NCBI RefSeq assembly: GCF_964204645.1
Contig: NC_134028.1
Location: 24,734,345-24,798,344 of the forward strand
DNA length: 64,000 nt
Reading direction: 5' to 3'
Source: Tubulanus polymorphus
Taxonomy: Eukaryota > Animalia > Nemertea
This document shows positions 61,225 through 64,000 of the stretch, piece after piece. The notes beneath the pieces were generated by a model. It was given only the letters and a program-made list of their open reading frames with translations. It made no database searches and was not told where the DNA came from. Both the position numbers and the translations under genes were made by a program. The first letter of the stretch is position 1. Every line of letters starts with the position of its first letter.

Positions 61225-64000
61225 TCGACAAATCCCGATGGATCGTTGTATCGTAGAGGGTTATTTTTAGCGCACGAGTAACGGTTAAAACTCTGCGTAT
61301 CGTACGGATCCTGTACGTGTGGATCAGGACTCAAGAATCGTCCGACCTCCGGGTCGTAGACACGACCGTTCATATGGATTAATTGCAGCTCATCGATTCG
61401 TTCCTGTCCAGTAAAATCTCGTTTAATACCAGAGACCGAAGCGGCTGAATAGGAAACAGAAGAACGCTCGAAAGCCCAATCTTTGAAGGGTTGAGGTTTT
61501 CCAAACACGTTATAACGTTTTCTCAATAGTACCTGCCCGCTCTCACCAGTAATCGTATCAACTGATCCAACATGGTCGAGATGGACGTATCTCATATATG
61601 TATTGGAATTTATAGCCGTCTCGATTCCCACTAGTTTATTATTAGCATAGATAAAATACTTGTGTTCATCGCCCTGATCGTTTTTAGTAACTTCGTACAC
61701 CTTTCCGATGTAGTATGCCTTCCTTTGATTGTTGTTATGGTGGTCAAATGTTTTTCTAACATATCGACTTCGATCTGGATCGTATTTGAAATTGACAACC
61801 TGGCTGCCCGTTTCAAACATTTCTAGCAAGTTGAAAGAGGTCCACCCAACCAACTGCATATTCTTGCGTATTACGTTCCCATTGTCGTCGTAAGCGTTAG
61901 AATTATGCCCAGTTTGGACGAGAGCCCTGGGCTTCTGCGAATGGTACACGTGATGTGGGCCGCCCATTCCGCTGAATCTACGAATATTACCGATTGCATC
62001 GTACTGCCAATCTTCGGTGAATGCGCGCTGATCAGCAGGATTCTGACTTCTCATAGTAGCTCTTACCACTCTATCGAGATTGTCGTATTCGAATGTTTCG
62101 ATGGTTTTTCTCTCGCTGATGAGATCCTTCCTGCTCAGCATATTACCGTCTGTATTATAACCATACTGCCAGTGACGTAAGGTCCGCTTCGATTTGTCCG
62201 TACTACGTATATGGGTCACGTGATTCATCAAGTCGTATTGATACTCGGTTAGTATCCCATTCCCAGACGTTTCCTTCGTTACCTGGCCAAACTGATCGTA
62301 GTTCAAACCAGTCCAGTAGTTATCAGTAAGAGGACCACTACAAGCCGACTTGCGCACGGCAATCAAATATCCAGTTGGCGAATAGCAGTAATGCACAGTC
62401 TTTCCACCAGGGTATATTTGTTGTGTAATTTGGCTCTGCCTGTTATATGATGTTTTCACTTCCAATACCTTAGTTCCAATTGTTGTATTGACGATAAATT
62501 CTCTGCCAACTGAATCATAATTATACTCCCTCGTGAAACCACCAGGCGCGGTTACCTTTGCCACCTTGCCCTTACCACGGGGCTTTGTATCATAAAACCA
62601 AAGCGTATCGCCTTCTGGTTCATTCCTCTTGACGATCCTTCCGAGTTCATCAAAGTATTCTAGTTTCTCTTGCCCTTTAGCGTCGGTTTGTCGAACCAGT
62701 TCGCCAAACGCATTGTATCCATATTTCCATGTTCCCATATCAGGGTCAGTCATTTGTATTTTATTTCCAACCTTGTCATAAATGAATTCGTCAGCATTAC
62801 CAGCAGGATCTGTTATCTTTTTTAAATTGCCCACAGCATCGTACTGATAATTAAGTTCACCGCCATTAGCATCAATAACCTTAATCATTCTATCCATTAC
62901 ATCTCGCTGAGTAGTTGTTTTATGTCCTTTTCCATCGAACGATTCCGTTATCAATCCTTTAAACACTTTTCTCGTCACGTGTCTCAAATTGCTGTCCATC
63001 GGCCGATCGACCTTCACTTCGCGACCAATGACGTCGTAAGTGTACTGCACCCAGGATCGTCTACAAGTTGATTCACAAGGTAGTGACTGTTTTGCTACAA
63101 GTCCCAGTCCACTGTATGTGATATCTTCATAAATATCTTTACCGTTAAAATCTTTCGTGTGAATTCGAATCACTCGATCGAGTTTGTCGTAGATTCTGCT
63201 TTCAGATGGTTTTCCAGGTTCAGATGTGGAAACCTTGTAACCAGCATGCGGTATGGTATTATCCCACTGATAGGACCAATTGATTTGCGACCCGTCTGGC
63301 CTCCTCTCTGAAAGCTTCCTTCCGAAATCGTCGTAGGTCCAACTCGTTTTTAAACCATTAGCACCGACCATAGCGATTGTGTTGCCTAATCTATCGTACT
63401 GATACGTTTCCGTGTGACCGAGGCTATTTGTAGCGCTCACTTTACGGACACCATTTGAATCATAGGCTGTCGTGACTGAACGAATCTGTTTCGCTTGATT
63501 ACCGTGAGTGAATTTCGGAGTACGAGTTTGCTTTATCATGTTACCGAACTTATCGTAAATATTGTTACTTACTAATGCCAGATTATCATCAGGTTCAATG
63601 ACCATTGATGCGAGGGTTCTCTTAGTGACGTCATACGACCGAATCGTTTGCCGAACGGATATGTTTTCGTGTTGATCTGTATGTGTAACCTTCAGACAAA
63701 GAACCTGCCCGATAAACCAATTCTGCTTATTATTCAAAAACGATCTATTAGTTTCCTGTTTGAACGTGACTCCACCTCCACTAATCGTTCTCGTGATGTT
63801 TCGTGCATTTCCGTATTCATCGATGTTCTTAAACTCTTCCGTTTCCACTTTTATCGGGGCTCCATCGATTTCATTGACCTTCTGTATGATCTTATCCAGA
63901 ACGATCTGAATGTTGTTGGCTCCGGCCTGTGGATTTTGACGATGGCTGAATGTTTGACTTTTTTCCGACACGACTTTACCATTTACGTTAATAGTGCTCT
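61215..64000 (-). CDS. Intronless Rhs/YD-repeat protein (bacterial polymorphic-toxin shell), 5'-partial, no C-terminal toxin domain
   Basis: The frame is open to the window edge (..STINVNGKVVSEK..). Many YD repeats (YDRLG, YDDFGR, YDVIGR, YDAVGN, DPDMGTWKYGYNAFGEL). Rhs-associated core FTGQE..LIHMNGRVYDPEVGRFLSPDP..FNRYSCAKNNPLRYNDPSG, then FVEGT*. Confidence 0.9.
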   Translation of the reverse strand, partial: STINVNGKVVSEKSQTFSHRQNPQAGANNIQIVLDKIIQKVNEIDGAPIKVETEEFKNIDEYGNARNITRTISGGGVTFKQETNRSFLNNKQNWFIGQVLCLKVTHTDQHENISVRQTIRSYDVTKRTLASMVIEPDDNLALVSNNIYDKFGNMIKQTRTPKFTHGNQAKQIRSVTTAYDSNGVRKVSATNSLGHTETYQYDRLGNTIAMVGANGLKTSWTYDDFGRKLSERRPDGSQINWSYQWDNTIPHAGYKVSTSEPGKPSESRIYDKLDRVIRIHTKDFNGKDIYEDITYSGLGLVAKQSLPCESTCRRSWVQYTYDVIGREVKVDRPMDSNLRHVTRKVFKGLITESFDGKGHKTTTQRDVMDRMIKVIDANGGELNYQYDAVGNLKKITDPAGNADEFIYDKVGNKIQMTDPDMGTWKYGYNAFGELVRQTDAKGQEKLEYFDELGRIVKRNEPEGDTLWFYDTKPRGKGKVAKVTAPGGFTREYNYDSVGREFIVNTTIGTKVLEVKTSYNRQSQITQQIYPGGKTVHYCYSPTGYLIAVRKSACSGPLTDNYWTGLNYDQFGQVTKETSGNGILTEYQYDLMNHVTHIRSTDKSKRTLRHWQYGYNTDGNMLSRKDLISERKTIETFEYDNLDRVVRATMRSQNPADQRAFTEDWQYDAIGNIRRFSGMGGPHHVYHSQKPRALVQTGHNSNAYDDNGNVIRKNMQLVGWTSFNLLEMFETGSQVVNFKYDPDRSRYVRKTFDHHNNNQRKAYYIGKVYEVTKNDQGDEHKYFIYANNKLVGIETAINSNTYMRYVHLDHVGSVDTITGESGQVLLRKRYNVFGKPQPFKDWAFERSSVSYSAASVSGIKRDFTGQERIDELQLIHMNGRVYDPEVGRFLSPDPHVQDPYDTQSFNRYSCAKNNPLRYNDPSGFVEGT

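Noticed and set aside
63969-63971. GTG start of the 918-aa ORF
   Set aside because: The frame stays open to base 64000, so the true start lies outside the window.
61215-64000. Rhs ORF as a teneurin exon
   Set aside because: It has a bacterial-type Rhs core ending in DPSG and no teneurin Tox-GHH/TCAP C-terminus. Formal exclusion needs a phylogeny.

Overview
AT-rich, intron-rich eukaryotic DNA, most likely from a marine invertebrate (lophotrochozoan-like; this is inference from gene content and style). Six spliced genes can be rebuilt by hand from GT/GC-AG junctions: the 3' part of EFCAB6 (+), S-adenosylmethionine synthase (+), an AFAP1-like two-PH-domain adaptor (-), CPSF4 (+), an unnamed myristoylated calcineurin-B/CHP-like EF-hand + death-domain gene (-) and M1AP (+). 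The window ends in an intronless, bacterial-type Rhs/YD-repeat toxin-shell ORF (>=2.78 kb, open to the window edge). It stops five residues after its DPxG autocleavage motif and is followed by a frameshifted, stop-containing relic of its Gly-rich C-terminal region, which is capped by a host-like repeat. This is the best candidate for something new: a horizontally acquired polymorphic-toxin gene embedded in an animal chromosome. Other signals are several minimal hammerhead-ribozyme-like (Penelope-type) repeats, a METTL16-like stem-loop on a splice acceptor of the gene next to MAT, two GC-AG introns, several MITE families, a SINE and large intronic minisatellites. No rRNA, tRNA gene or CRISPR array was seen.
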